Notes: generated by a model not told the origin, from the letters alone. DNA of 64,000 nt from an uncultured Gammaproteobacteria bacterium (GCA_963780795.1 CAWADH010000003.1:110818-174817), one strand, 5' to 3'. Shown: positions 27,101 through 37,659, numbered from the stretch's first letter. Numbers and translations are program-made.

Positions 27101-29809
27101 TCAGTTCGGCGCGCGCTTGCGCGGCGCACGTTTGCCCACGGGCTTCTTCGCGGCACGCGGCGCCCTCGCCGGCTTCGCCTCTTCGGTCGCGCCCGATTCC
27201 TGCACCCAGCGACCATTCTGATAGACCGCGCGCCAACCCGTCGGCTTGCCGTCCGACTCGCTCGCCACGAACTGCTCGCGCGTTTTGCGGCTGTACTTCA
27301 CGATCGCCGGATTGCCGTGCGGATCGGTTTCCGGCGCGTCGAGCAGATAGTGGTGCTTCGGATCGATCTCGGCGCGGTGCGGCTTCAGCTCGGCGATCGT
27401 CGGCGCGCGCGTCTCTCGATGCTTCGGAAACTGACTCGCCGCGAGGAAAATCCCCGATGCGCCATCGCGCAGGATGTAGTGGTCGTCGACCTTGACGCAG
27501 CGCAATTCCGGCATCGGTACGGGATCGGACTTCGGCGGCGCGGCTTCGCCGTTGCGCAAGAGCTTCCGGGTGTTCTTGCAGTTCGTGTTCGTGCAGCCGA
27601 AGTACTTGCCGAAGCGGCCGGACTTGAGCTGCATCTCCGCGCCGCACTTGTCGCACTCGATCACGGGACCGTCGTAGCCCTTGATGCGGAACTCGCCCTG
27701 CTCCACGCGGAAGCCGGGGCAGTCCGGATTGTTGCCGCAGATGTGCAGCTTGCGATCCTCATCGACCAGGTAGCTGTCCATCGGCGTTCCGCAGACGGGG
27801 CATCGAACCTTTTTCCGCAGCAGCCGCGACTCGCCTTCCGCGTCGGCGTCGACGTCTACCGCTTCGTCGCCCGGAATCAGGTTCAACGTATGCGTGCAGC
27901 GTTCCTTCGGCGGCAACGCGTAACCAGAGCACCCGAGGAACACGCCGGTGCTGCCGGTGCGCACCTGCATCGGCCGGCCGCAGACGCTGCACGGGATGTC
28001 GGTGTTGGTCGGCACGTTCGGGCGCATGCCGCCTTTGTCGGCCTGTGCGCGATTCAGCTTCCCGGAAAAGTCGCCATAAAAGGTATCGAGAACTTCACGC
28101 CAGTCCGCTTCGCCATCGGCGATCTGGTCGAGTTGGCCCTCGAGTTGCGCCGTGAAGCCGAAGTCGAGCAGGTTGTCGAAGTTTTCGACCAACCGGTCGG
28201 TGACGAGCTCGCCGATTTTTTCGGCGTGAAACCGGCGCGCGGTGAGCGTCACGTAGCCGCGCTCCTGGATCGTCGAAATGATCGCCGCGTAAGTAGACGG
28301 TCTGCCGATGCCGCGCTTCTCGAGTTCGCGGACGAGGCTCGCCTCGCCGTAACGCGGCGGCGGCTTCGTGAAGTGCTGAATGGGTTCGATCGCCTCCACG
28401 GCGAGCGCCTCGCCGGCGACGAAATCCGGCAGCGTGCGGTCTTCGTCTTTGCGCGCCACGGCGGGCAGCACGCGCGTGAAGCCGTCGAAGCGCAGGATGC
28501 GGCCGCGGATGCGTGCCTCGAAGTCGCCGGCCTGCGCGATCACCGTGGTGCTCGTGTATTCGGCCGGCGGCATCTGGCATGCCACGAACTGGCGCCAGAT
28601 CATTTCGTAGAGGCGGACCGCGTCGTCCTCCATTCCGGTCAACATCGATGGCGCAGTACCGACGTTCGACGGACGGATCGCTTCGTGTGCTTCCTGCGCC
28701 GCGGCTTTGCTCGCATACGCATTCGGTTGCTCGGGCAGATACTGCGCGCCGAACTCCTTACCAATGTATTCGCGCACCGACACGACCGCGTCGCTCGACA
28801 GGTTCGTCGAGTCGGTACGCATATAAGTGATGTAGCCGGCTTCGTAGAGTCGTTGGGCCATCGTCATCGTCTTCTTCACGCTGAACGACATGCGCGTGCT
28901 GGCGGCCTGTTGCAGCGTAGACGTGATGAACGGCGCATTGGGACGGGTCGTGGTCGGACGGTCTTCCCGCGACACCACGGTGAATGGTTTGCCGCGCAAC
29001 CGCGACATCGCATCGTCCGATTGATCGGCGCTGGTCGGGCGATAGTTCTCGCCTCGATCCTTGAACACCTGGAAGCGATACGTTTCGTCGTCGTTGGGCC
29101 GCTTCAGATCGGCAAACGCTTCCCAGTATTCCTCCGGAATGAACGCGCGGATCTCGCGCTCGCGCTCGACGATCAGCCGCACCGCAACGGATTGAACGCG
29201 CCCGGCCGACAGACCTCGGGCAACTTTCGCCCACAACAGCGGCGACAGCTCGAAGCCGACCACGCGGTCGAGAAAGCGACGCGCCTGCTGCGCGCTGACG
29301 CGACTCGCATCGATGGAGGTCGGATTGGCGAATGCTTCCTGGATGGCTTTGCGCGTGATTTCGTTGAAAACGACGCGCCGATACCGGTCGGGGTCACCGC
29401 CGATCGTTTCCTTCAGATGCCACGCGATCGCCTCGCCTTCGCGATCGAGGTCGGTGGCGAGATAGATCTGGTCCGACTTCTCGGCGAGCTTGCGCAGCTC
29501 GTCGACCACCTTTTCTTTGCCGGGCAGGATCTCGTACGTGGCTCTCCAGTCGTGTTCCGGATCCACGCCCATTCGACGCACGAGCTGCGTGCGCGCCCGT
29601 TGCTTGCGGTAAGTCTCTTTCGCTTTCGCGGAAAGCTTGCGGGTTTTCGCGGCTTCCTTCGCGCGCGCTTTCGGATCACTCGCCTTGCCGCCCGTCGGCA
29701 AATCGCGGATGTGTCCGATGCTGGACTTTACGATGTAGTCCTTGCCGAGATACCGATTGATGGTCCGCGCCTTGGCCGGCGACTCGACGATGACCAACGA
29801 ACGGGCCAT
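27101..29809 (-). CDS. topA: DNA topoisomerase I
   Basis: 902-aa ORF with the TOPRIM start [10 protein letters not shown], the active-site region [10 protein letters not shown] and C-terminal zinc ribbons ([24 protein letters not shown]). Confidence 0.95.
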   Translation of the reverse strand: MARSLVIVESPAKARTINRYLGKDYIVKSSIGHIRDLPTGGKASDPKARAKEAAKTRKLSAKAKETYRKQRARTQLVRRMGVDPEHDWRATYEILPGKEKVVDELRKLAEKSDQIYLATDLDREGEAIAWHLKETIGGDPDRYRRVVFNEITRKAIQEAFANPTSIDASRVSAQQARRFLDRVVGFELSPLLWAKVARGLSAGRVQSVAVRLIVEREREIRAFIPEEYWEAFADLKRPNDDETYRFQVFKDRGENYRPTSADQSDDAMSRLRGKPFTVVSREDRPTTTRPNAPFITSTLQQAASTRMSFSVKKTMTMAQRLYEAGYITYMRTDSTNLSSDAVVSVREYIGKEFGAQYLPEQPNAYASKAAAQEAHEAIRPSNVGTAPSMLTGMEDDAVRLYEMIWRQFVACQMPPAEYTSTTVIAQAGDFEARIRGRILRFDGFTRVLPAVARKDEDRTLPDFVAGEALAVEAIEPIQHFTKPPPRYGEASLVRELEKRGIGRPSTYAAIISTIQERGYVTLTARRFHAEKIGELVTDRLVENFDNLLDFGFTAQLEGQLDQIADGEADWREVLDTFYGDFSGKLNRAQADKGGMRPNVPTNTDIPCSVCGRPMQVRTGSTGVFLGCSGYALPPKERCTHTLNLIPGDEAVDVDADAEGESRLLRKKVRCPVCGTPMDSYLVDEDRKLHICGNNPDCPGFRVEQGEFRIKGYDGPVIECDKCGAEMQLKSGRFGKYFGCTNTNCKNTRKLLRNGEAAPPKSDPVPMPELRCVKVDDHYILRDGASGIFLAASQFPKHRETRAPTIAELKPHRAEIDPKHHYLLDAPETDPHGNPAIVKYSRKTREQFVASESDGKPTGWRAVYQNGRWVQESGATEEAKPARAPRAAKKPVGKRAPRKRAPN

Positions 29810-29932
29810 GTGCCTCCTGCTGCGACGGGGGGTCCCGGCGCGAAAGGCGCCATGTATACGCGCTCTATTTCCGGACTGTCAACTTAACGGCGTGGAGACA
29901 TGCGCACAGAGGGGTGATCCGCGTGATGCACT

Positions 29933-30538
29933 TCACTGACGCGTCGATGCATCGTCGGAGGTGTCGTCGGAGGCATCGATCGCGGCCGCAGCCGCGGTCG
30001 CCGCCGAATCCGCAAGCAGTTGAATTTCCGCGAGGTTCTGCAACACAGCGTGCAACCGATCGACACTCGCTTCGGCGTCTTCGGCAGTGGTTCGTTCACG
30101 CCACCAACAGGTCACTTCGCTCGCGTCCGTCGCGCACGCGAGCGCATCGGGCGGTAGCCCACGTAAGACTCCGCTGACTTCCTGCCAGTACACGGCGTCG
30201 CCCGCGGGGCGAGTCGCCCAGATCCAACCGTCGATCGGACCGTCGTTCGCGGCGGATTTGCGCAGGATCTTCCATTGCGGCGCGGCGCGCGCGAGTCGCC
30301 GCATCCCGAGCCGGTACGCCGCGCACATCACCTTGGGATCGAGCTTCACGCCACCTGCAGTGACCCGCGCTTGCGGCTCCGCGGCCAGATCGTCGAGTTG
30401 GGTGATCTCCACGTGAATGCCGTGGGTTCGCGCGCGCGAGCGCATTTTCGCGAGTCGTCGATCCGCCCGCGACGGCATCATCCATAGCAGCGGTCCGAAT
30501 GCCGCGAACAGCGCGACGACGATGATGAGCCAGGTCAA
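29933..30538 (-). CDS. hypothetical protein with N-terminal TM helix
   Basis: 201-aa ORF (MTWLIIVVALFAAFGPLLWMM...) with a coding-like composition and an acidic Ala/Asp/Ser-rich tail. I recognise no family. Confidence 0.55.
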   Translation of the reverse strand: MTWLIIVVALFAAFGPLLWMMPSRADRRLAKMRSRARTHGIHVEITQLDDLAAEPQARVTAGGVKLDPKVMCAAYRLGMRRLARAAPQWKILRKSAANDGPIDGWIWATRPAGDAVYWQEVSGVLRGLPPDALACATDASEVTCWWRERTTAEDAEASVDRLHAVLQNLAEIQLLADSAATAAAAAIDASDDTSDDASTRQ

Positions 30539-30637
30539 TGATGTACTCCGCTGAGTGATTCGATACGGCCCGGGGGCCAGTTGTTCGCCGCGACGATTGT
30601 GTTGTATGGTCGCCCGAACTTCGGGTAGTGGACAATC

Positions 30638-31087
30638 ATGGGCGCATACCGACGGATCCTGCTAGCGGTAGACCTCACCGAAGAGTCCCAGCGCGTTTCC
30701 AGCCGAGCGATGGCGATGGCGAAACGCTTCGAAGCCGAATTGCACGTCATCCATGTCATCGAACCGTTGAGTCTCGCTTACGGCGGCGACATCCCGATGG
30801 ACCTCTCGTCGGTGCAGGAACAGATCCACGCACAAGCCAAATCGCATCTCGCCGAGTTCGCCACCTCGATCGGCGTACCGCCCGACCATCGCTACCTGAT
30901 CTTCGGCCGACCCGAGGCGGAGATTCATCGCATCGCGAAGGAGAAAGCGATCGATCTCGTGGTGGTCGGGAGTCACGGCCGCCACGGTCTCGCGCTGCTG
31001 CTCGGCTCCACCGCGAACGGCGTATTGCATGGTTCACCGACCGACGTGCTCGCGGTGCGCGTCGGCAGCGACGCGCCGCAAGACTAG
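30638..31087 (+). CDS. universal stress protein (UspA family)
   Basis: 149-aa ORF. ILLAVDLTEES, LHVIHV, DLVVVGSHGRHG and VLHGSPTDVLAV are classic Usp blocks. Confidence 0.85.
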   Translation: MGAYRRILLAVDLTEESQRVSSRAMAMAKRFEAELHVIHVIEPLSLAYGGDIPMDLSSVQEQIHAQAKSHLAEFATSIGVPPDHRYLIFGRPEAEIHRIAKEKAIDLVVVGSHGRHGLALLLGSTANGVLHGSPTDVLAVRVGSDAPQD

Positions 31088-31093
31088 CCCCAG

Positions 31094-33121
31094 ATGATCG
31101 TCGTGGGTCGCACCCTCGCGGGGCTGCGCGCGCGAGCGCTTTGCGTTCTCCTCGCGCTGCTTTCGCTCCACGCAACGGCCGACGAACTCGGCGACAAGCG
31201 CCAGCAGTATCTCGCCGCGCTGCGCAGCCTCGACGACGGTCAGATCGAAGCGTTCCAGGCTGCAAAAGCCGCGCTCGCCGACTATCCGCTGTATCCGTAT
31301 CTCGATTATCAGGATCACCTGCTGCGGCTGAGTCATCTGACCGCCGCCGAGGTCGCGGCATTCCGCGAACGTTGGAAAGACTCGCCCATCGCCGATCGGC
31401 TGTATGACGAATGGATGGAAGACCTCGCGCGGCGCGGGGAATGGGACGTCTTCATCGTCAATTACGAACCGGCCGGCGCCAGCGCGGACCGGCAATGCAC
31501 TTATCTGCGCGCGCTCGACCGCAGCGGCCAGCATGATGCGGCGATGGCCGCGGTCGCACCGTTGTGGCTGGTCGGCACGTCGCAACCGAAGAGTTGCGAT
31601 GCCTTGTTCGCGACGTGGATCGAACGCGGGCGAGTGAACAATCGTCTGGTGTGGGAACGGTTGACGCTGGCGATTCAGGCGCGGTCGTGGGATCTGGCGC
31701 GCTACCTCGCGGGTCTGCTGAGCGTCGAACTGCGCAAGCAGGGGGAGTTGTTCTATCGCGTCGGCCGCGAGTCCACGCTGGTGCAGAACACCGCGCACTT
31801 CAGCACCGACGACTCCGCCACGCGCGACATCGTCCGGTTCGGCTTGCGCCGCCTGGCTGCGATCGATCCCGACGCTGCCGCAGCGGCGTGGTCCGACTAC
31901 CGCAAACGCTTGTCGTTCGACCCTGACGACGTGCGCATCATCGGCCAGGATCTGACGATCGGGTTTGCCCGCCGCGGCATCGTCGACCCGAATGCAGATC
32001 TCACACCGAGCGCCGACGGTCGTCATCTGCTGGTACAGGAAGCGCTGATTCTCGCGGCGTTGACCAACAAAGACTGGCCGAACGTCGTCGCGCTCATCAT
32101 GCGTCTCGACGAGACGGAACGCGCCAAACAGCGCTGGCAATACTGGCTCGGGCGCGCCCAACGAGCGCTCGCTGCCGCGTCGAGCGCTGCCGCGTCAAGC
32201 GCTGCCGCGTCAAGCGTTACCGTGTCAAGCGCTGCCGCACCGGGCGAGACTGCGTCGAGCGACGCCGCGAAGAGCGCTGCGCCGCCGACGGAGAATCCGT
32301 GGATCGCCCTCGCCGACGACCGGCAGTACTACGGATTTCTCGCCGCCGAGTCGCTCGGGGTAACGCCGTCGCTCAACGATCAGTCGACGCGGCCGGGTGC
32401 CGAAGCGATCAACGCGATGCAGCAACGTCCGTCGATGCAACGACTCATCGAGTTGTATGCGCTCGGCGACCGCTCCGATGCGAGGCGCGAGTGGGCGAAA
32501 CAGCTGCCGAACCTCGACCCCTCGCAGCGCGCTGCGGCGGCCTACATCATTGCCGACATCGGCTGGATCGACCTCAGCATCATGGCCGCGAACGCGGCAG
32601 AACTGCGCGACGACTTGTCGCTGCGATTCCCGAGTCCGTTCACGCCGACGTTCGTGAGGGAAAGTCGCGCCACCGCCGTGCCGATCAGCTTCCTTTATGG
32701 CGTGGCACGGCAAGAGAGCGCGTTCGGTCCGGCGGCCCGCTCTTCGGCCGGCGCGCTCGGCCTCATGCAGTTGATGCCGGCCACTGCGGCCGCGACGGCG
32801 CACAACGCCGGCGAACCGACACCCCTCACGGCGGCCCTGTTCGATCCGGCGGTCAACGTGCACATCGCGAGCCGCCACCTGGCCGAGCTGCTCGAGCGCT
32901 ACGACGGCAACCGCGTGCTCGTGGCCGCCGCTTACAACGCCGGCTCGCACCGCGTCGACCGCTGGTTGCGCGACCGTCCTGCCCGGCCGGCCGACATCTG
33001 GATCGAGACCATTCCGTTCAGCGAGACGCGCGACTACGTGAAGAACGTACTGGCGTTCGCGTACATCTACGGCCAGCGGCTCGGTCATCCGACGAAGTTC
33101 CTCGACGCCGACGAGCGCTGA
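31094..33121 (+). CDS. slt: soluble lytic murein transglycosylase (Slt70-like)
   Basis: 675-aa ORF with a signal peptide, a superhelical N-terminal region and the C-terminal SLT catalytic block YGVARQESAFGPAARSSAGALGLMQLMPATA...AAYNAG. Confidence 0.85.
   Translation: MIVVGRTLAGLRARALCVLLALLSLHATADELGDKRQQYLAALRSLDDGQIEAFQAAKAALADYPLYPYLDYQDHLLRLSHLTAAEVAAFRERWKDSPIADRLYDEWMEDLARRGEWDVFIVNYEPAGASADRQCTYLRALDRSGQHDAAMAAVAPLWLVGTSQPKSCDALFATWIERGRVNNRLVWERLTLAIQARSWDLARYLAGLLSVELRKQGELFYRVGRESTLVQNTAHFSTDDSATRDIVRFGLRRLAAIDPDAAAAAWSDYRKRLSFDPDDVRIIGQDLTIGFARRGIVDPNADLTPSADGRHLLVQEALILAALTNKDWPNVVALIMRLDETERAKQRWQYWLGRAQRALAAASSAAASSAAASSVTVSSAAAPGETASSDAAKSAAPPTENPWIALADDRQYYGFLAAESLGVTPSLNDQSTRPGAEAINAMQQRPSMQRLIELYALGDRSDARREWAKQLPNLDPSQRAAAAYIIADIGWIDLSIMAANAAELRDDLSLRFPSPFTPTFVRESRATAVPISFLYGVARQESAFGPAARSSAGALGLMQLMPATAAATAHNAGEPTPLTAALFDPAVNVHIASRHLAELLERYDGNRVLVAAAYNAGSHRVDRWLRDRPARPADIWIETIPFSETRDYVKNVLAFAYIYGQRLGHPTKFLDADER
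32171..32240 (+). repeat. 15-nt in-frame tandem repeat inside slt (about 4.5 copies)
   Basis: The units are GCTGCCGCGTCGAGC, GCTGCCGCGTCAAGC x2, GTTACCGTGTCAAGC and GCTGCCGCAC... They encode AAASS AAASS AAASS VTVSS AA. Confidence 0.9.
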
Positions 33122-33144
33122 TCCGAACAGCGAGGACCGTACAT

Positions 33145-33927
33145 CTGATCGACATCGGCGCGAATCTCACCAACCCCGCATTTGCCGGCGACCTCGCGGC
33201 GGTGCTGCAGCGGTCGGTCGAAAGCGGCGTCGAACGCGTCGTCGTCACCGGAACCGATGTGGCTTCGAGCCGCGCCGCCGTCGCGCTGTGCGCCGCGCAT
33301 GCACCGCACCTCTATTGCACCGTTGGCGTTCATCCGCACGATGCCGCTACCGCGCCGCACGGATGGTGCGCCGAACTCGAAGAGCTGGCGTCGAACCCGT
33401 CGGTTCGCGCGATCGGCGAGACCGGCCTCGACTTCAATCGCAACTACTCCCCGCCGCCGGTACAGCAGACGGTTTTCGAAACGCAATTGCAACTTGCCGC
33501 GCGTCTCGGGCTTCCGGTGTTCGCGCACGATCGCGAGAGCGGCGGCGCGGTCGCCGATGCCTTGCAGCGTCACCGCAGCGGGCTGCGCGACGTGGTCGTG
33601 CATTGCTTCACCGGAACAGAGGCGGAACTGCGGCGCTATCTGGAACTCGGTTGCCACATCGGCATCACCGGCTGGGTCTGCGACGAACGGCGCGGCGCGG
33701 AACTGAAGCAAATGGTCTCGCTCATTCCAAGCGAACGCCTGCTGATCGAAACCGACGCACCGTTCCTGCTGCCGCGCACGCTGTCGCCGCGGCCGAAGAA
33801 CCGCCGAAACGAACCGGCGCATCTCGTCTGGATTGCCAGAACAGTGGCCGACGCACGTGGCACGACCATCGGCGAAATCGACGCGATCACCAGCGCAAAC
33901 GCCCGTCGCGTGTTCGCCCTCGACTGA
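33145..33927 (+). CDS. tatD: TatD family metal-dependent hydrolase/DNase
   Basis: This is the tail of ORF 32299-33927. (L)IDIGANLTNPAFAGD...CTVGVHPHD...IGETGLDFNR...HCFTG...IETDAPFL are TatD blocks. No in-frame ATG/GTG/TTG lies between the slt stop and the conserved DIGANL. I place the start at CTG 33145 (GAGGA 8 nt upstream), so the start coordinate is tentative. Confidence 0.75.
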   Translation: MIDIGANLTNPAFAGDLAAVLQRSVESGVERVVVTGTDVASSRAAVALCAAHAPHLYCTVGVHPHDAATAPHGWCAELEELASNPSVRAIGETGLDFNRNYSPPPVQQTVFETQLQLAARLGLPVFAHDRESGGAVADALQRHRSGLRDVVVHCFTGTEAELRRYLELGCHIGITGWVCDERRGAELKQMVSLIPSERLLIETDAPFLLPRTLSPRPKNRRNEPAHLVWIARTVADARGTTIGEIDAITSANARRVFALD

Positions 33928-33930
33928 TCC

Positions 33931-34167
33931 TTACGATACCAATCGCAACACGTCGTCGGCATTGAACGGCCACGCGAGTTCCGCGCCGACCTCGGAGGCC
34001 ACAACCGGGATCGAAGTGCCATATCGCTCGAAGAGGGTCGGATCGTCTGCGATGTCGACCACGTCGACAGTCGTGCGGCGCAGTTCTGGCATACTACGCA
34101 GCAATCGCTCGGCGCTTTCGCAGAGGTGGCAACCCTCGGTGGAGTAAAGAATGAGCGATCTGATCAC
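33931..34167 (-). CDS. glutaredoxin-like small thioredoxin-fold protein (DUF836-like)
   Basis: 78-aa ORF. LILYSTEGCHLCESAERLL carries a CxxC motif, and IPVV occurs later, as in glutaredoxin-2-like small proteins. Confidence 0.7.
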   Translation of the reverse strand: MIRSLILYSTEGCHLCESAERLLRSMPELRRTTVDVVDIADDPTLFERYGTSIPVVASEVGAELAWPFNADDVLRLVS

Positions 34168-34196
34168 CCGCGCAGGCTAAGAGAACGGAATCGGTA

Positions 34197-35123
34197 GTGC
34201 AAACGCTGCGGTTCGCTTCGGCAAACGTCGCCGCCCGCCACCCGCTCGACACATCGGGCGCAGCGGCGTGGCGTCGGAGCGAAGGCGCCTGGAGTTGCAC
34301 GATCGACCTCGGCGTGCTTCCCAACGATCACATTGTGGTGCCGAGTTTCGCTCTGAAGGGTGTTCCTCATAGCGACTTCGCCGGAGAACTCGTCGCAGCC
34401 GACGCCGCGTGGCGCATCGCGCCAACGCAACGTATGGCACTCGAGACGAACGGTACCGATCCGCGCGCGACCACGCACATCGACTACTTCCGCTGCCGTG
34501 CCGACGTCGCCGCCGCGTCTCTCACTCTCTCGACGGCCGTTGCGCACGAACCGGCCGACTACCTGATTTCCGTCTCGGTACGCGAATTCCGCATCGCTGC
34601 CGCGGCCGGCAGCGCCGTCACGCGCCGCCTGGTGGTACCGCCGATCAGTCAGTTGACCGCGCCGCGCGCGCTGCGTTACCGCATCTGTTCACCGACCTGC
34701 ATCGCGATGGTGCTCGCATACCACGGCATAGACGCCTCGTTGGCCGCAGTCGTGCGGGCGTGCCTGCACGAACCGTCGGGGCTGTTCGGCGTGTGGCCGC
34801 TGGCGATCCGAACCGCGACCGACGCCGGACTGATCGGTAACGTGGAGTGCTTCTCCAGCCTCGACGCCGCAGCGCCGGTTCTGGAACGCGGTCTGCCGAT
34901 CGTGGCAAGCATCCGCTTCGCGGCAGGCGCGTTGCCGGGCGCGGCGCTGTCCGGAACGGATGGCCACCTGGTAGTGGTCACCGGCATGGACGCCGACTGG
35001 GTGTACATCAACGATCCTGCCGCGCGCGACGCGAGCGGCGTACCGCGACAATGTCCGCGCGACGCGTTCGCTGCCGCCTGGCTCACCGAGCGCGGCGCCG
35101 CATACATCCTGCGTCCCCTCTGA
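34197..35123 (+). CDS. peptidase C39-like (papain-fold cysteine peptidase) domain protein with unplaced N-terminal domain
   Basis: 308-aa ORF. The C-terminal half has a candidate catalytic Cys (YRICSPTCIAMVLAYHG) and His (TDGHLVVVTGMD), then WVYINDP. I do not recognise residues 1 to about 150. Confidence 0.6.
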   Translation: MQTLRFASANVAARHPLDTSGAAAWRRSEGAWSCTIDLGVLPNDHIVVPSFALKGVPHSDFAGELVAADAAWRIAPTQRMALETNGTDPRATTHIDYFRCRADVAAASLTLSTAVAHEPADYLISVSVREFRIAAAAGSAVTRRLVVPPISQLTAPRALRYRICSPTCIAMVLAYHGIDASLAAVVRACLHEPSGLFGVWPLAIRTATDAGLIGNVECFSSLDAAAPVLERGLPIVASIRFAAGALPGAALSGTDGHLVVVTGMDADWVYINDPAARDASGVPRQCPRDAFAAAWLTERGAAYILRPL

Positions 35124-35160
35124 TGTATCGTTCAGCCACGACTGCTGAGACGGAGCATCG

Positions 35161-35697
35161 GTGCAATCGCTGATCGAACCGCGCGTCATCGTTCGGCCTG
35201 TTGCACCGGACGATCGCGACGAGTTTCTCGCGTTGATGCAGGCGAGCCGCAGCCTGCACGAGCCGTGGATATCGCCGCCGCTCACCGCTCGCGCATTCGA
35301 TGCGTATCTCACGCGCATGAACCGCAACGACCACGAAGGTCTCGTGGTGTTCCGGCGCGATCATCCGGTGATCGTCGGCGTGATCAATCTGAACAACATC
35401 GTGCGCGGCTCGTTTCTCAACGCATCGCTCGGCTACTACGCGGGACTGCCCTACGCCGGTAACGGATACATGACCAGCGGGCTCAAGGCCGCCGTGCGAT
35501 ATGCATTCGACGGCATGGGCCTGCACCGACTCGAAGCAAACATCCAGCCGAACAACGCGCGCTCGATCAATCTCGTGAAACGCTGCGGCTTCGTGAGCGA
35601 GGGATTTTCGCCGAAGTTCCTCTACATCGACGGCGCATGGCGCGACCACGAGCGTTGGGCAATCTATCACCGCCGCGATACACTGCACGGCGCCTAA
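35161..35697 (+). CDS. GNAT family N-acetyltransferase (RimJ/RimL-like)
   Basis: 178-aa ORF with a GTG start. VIVRPVAPDDRDEF..., GYYAGLPYAGNGYMTSGLKAAVRYAF and LHRLEANIQPNNARSINLVKRCGF are RimJ/RimL-type blocks. Confidence 0.8.
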   Translation: MQSLIEPRVIVRPVAPDDRDEFLALMQASRSLHEPWISPPLTARAFDAYLTRMNRNDHEGLVVFRRDHPVIVGVINLNNIVRGSFLNASLGYYAGLPYAGNGYMTSGLKAAVRYAFDGMGLHRLEANIQPNNARSINLVKRCGFVSEGFSPKFLYIDGAWRDHERWAIYHRRDTLHGA

Positions 35698-35712
35698 CAC
35701 AGACCGTAGTCC

Positions 35713-37659
35713 ATGCCCCGAATCGCCCCTTACGGCAGTTGGCCGTCACCGATCAGCGCCGAACTCATCACCGCTGGCGTAACCGGACTGAGCGCGTTGA
35801 GCGGCAACGATTCTGCGTTGTTCTGGCTCGAATCGCGACCGGAAGAAGGCGGCCGCAACGCGCTCGTCATGTGGCGCAACGGCACGCGCACCGAATTGAC
35901 GCCGGCGCCGTTCAACGTGCGCACGCGCGTCCACGAGTATGGCGGCGGCGCCTACCTCGCCACGAACAGCAACGCATACTTCGTGAACTTCGCAGACCAG
36001 AACATCTATCGCGTGCCGCTGACGGGCGGCATTCCGGTCACAGTAACGCATACGGACGCAGACACGCGTTACGCAGATTTCGTGGTCGACGAACCGCGCG
36101 CGCGCCTCATCTCGGTCGGTGAGCGACCCGGAGAAAAGGAACGCGAGAACTGCCTGCTCGCGGTGGATATCGCCACTGGTGCAAGCACCGACCTGCATCG
36201 GGGCCACGACTTCTATGCAGCGCCGCGCATTTCCCCCGACGGCCGCCGGCTCTGTTTCCTGAGCTGGGACCACCCGAACATGCCGTGGGACGGCACCCAA
36301 CTGCACGTCGCACAGCTGACCGCCGAGGGCTTGCTCGCCGACGAAACCATCGTCGCCGGCGGCGCGGCCGAGTCGATCGTGCAGCCGGAGTGGCTCACGT
36401 CGGATCGCATCCTGTTCGCGTCTGACCAGAACGGCTTCTGGAACCTCTACAGTTACGACGCCAGCGGCATCTACTGTGCGTATCCTGATGCGGCCGAGTA
36501 CAGCGGTCCAGCATGGGGCTTCGGCTCGAAGTACTATTGCGTGCTGGGTCCGCGTCACGTCGTCGCCCAGCGAATGCACAAAGGCGCGACGACGCTGCTG
36601 ATCATCGACGTGGACAACGGCATGGCCACGCCGCTGCCGAGCGAATGGCAGGCTTTCTTCGGCCTCGCGATCGTCGGCGAGCGCCTCTACTTCGTCGGCG
36701 GCAGTCCCGATCGTCTCGCCACGATCACTTCGATGGATCTGACCGGCTCGCCCGGCGAACCGATCGCCGTTGCCGGCAAGCTGCCCATCGACGCGTCGTA
36801 TTTTTCGATGCCGGAGTCGATCGAGTATCCGACCCGCGACGGCGCCACCGCATATGCCTACTTCTATCCGCCCCGCAATCCGGACGCGCTGGCCCCGTCT
36901 ACGGAGCGGCCGCCACTGCTCGTCATGAGCCACGGCGGGCCGACAGCGGCGACGCATCCGTTGATCAACTTCCGCATTCAGTACTACACCACGCGCGGCT
37001 GGGCCGTCGCCGATGTGAACTACGGCGGCTCCAGCGGTTACGGGCGCGCGTACCGCGAACGGCTCGACGGTCAGTGGGGCGTGGTCGACGTGCACGACTG
37101 CGAAGATCTCGTCGAGCATCTCGCGACAGCCGACCGCATCGATCGCGATCGCGTCGCAATCCGCGGCGGTAGCGCGGGCGGTTACACGACGCTGGCGGCG
37201 CTCACGTTCGGCAACACGTTCCGCGCCGGCGCGAGCCACTACGGAATCGGTGATCTCGAAACGCTCGCGCGCGATACGCACAAGTTCGAATCGCGTTACC
37301 TCGATCGGTTGATCGGCCCCTATCCGCAGGCGCGCGACCTCTACGTCGAACGCTCGCCGATCCATCACGTCGAACGACTGACGTGTCCCGTGGTGTTCTT
37401 CCAGGGTCTCGAAGACCGCGTGGTGCCACCGAACCAGGCCGAAGCGATGGTCGATGCATTGCGAAGCCGGCAACTCCCGGTCGCGTACGTCGCGTTCGAA
37501 GGCGAGCAACACGGCTTCCGGCAGGCGCCGAACATCCGGCGCGCGCTCGAAGGCGAGTATCTGTTCTTCGCCCGCATCTTCGGGTTCGAGCCGGCCGATT
37601 CGTTACCGCCGCTCGAGATCGAGTTCCTCGGCTCACACTTGCATAAGAAGTCCAGATGA
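35713..37659 (+). CDS. S9 family serine peptidase (prolyl oligopeptidase/acylaminoacyl-peptidase type)
   Basis: 648-aa ORF with an N-terminal propeller-like region, the nucleophile elbow IRGGSAGGYTT, and later FFQGLEDRVVP and FEGEQHGF (Asp/His). Confidence 0.85.
   Translation: MPRIAPYGSWPSPISAELITAGVTGLSALSGNDSALFWLESRPEEGGRNALVMWRNGTRTELTPAPFNVRTRVHEYGGGAYLATNSNAYFVNFADQNIYRVPLTGGIPVTVTHTDADTRYADFVVDEPRARLISVGERPGEKERENCLLAVDIATGASTDLHRGHDFYAAPRISPDGRRLCFLSWDHPNMPWDGTQLHVAQLTAEGLLADETIVAGGAAESIVQPEWLTSDRILFASDQNGFWNLYSYDASGIYCAYPDAAEYSGPAWGFGSKYYCVLGPRHVVAQRMHKGATTLLIIDVDNGMATPLPSEWQAFFGLAIVGERLYFVGGSPDRLATITSMDLTGSPGEPIAVAGKLPIDASYFSMPESIEYPTRDGATAYAYFYPPRNPDALAPSTERPPLLVMSHGGPTAATHPLINFRIQYYTTRGWAVADVNYGGSSGYGRAYRERLDGQWGVVDVHDCEDLVEHLATADRIDRDRVAIRGGSAGGYTTLAALTFGNTFRAGASHYGIGDLETLARDTHKFESRYLDRLIGPYPQARDLYVERSPIHHVERLTCPVVFFQGLEDRVVPPNQAEAMVDALRSRQLPVAYVAFEGEQHGFRQAPNIRRALEGEYLFFARIFGFEPADSLPPLEIEFLGSHLHKKSR

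Noticed and set aside
27317-29887. 856-aa plus-strand ORF, among the longest in the track
   Set aside because: It lies exactly antisense to topA, whose product has unmistakable topoisomerase motifs. The translation is Arg/Ala/Gly-rich with no recognisable motif, which is the typical shadow ORF of a high-GC gene.
32171-32240. Possible CRISPR-like or minisatellite array (also 39750-39805)
   Set aside because: The units are only 15 nt, directly abutting with no spacers, and in frame inside well-supported ORFs. These are coding tandem repeats, not CRISPR.
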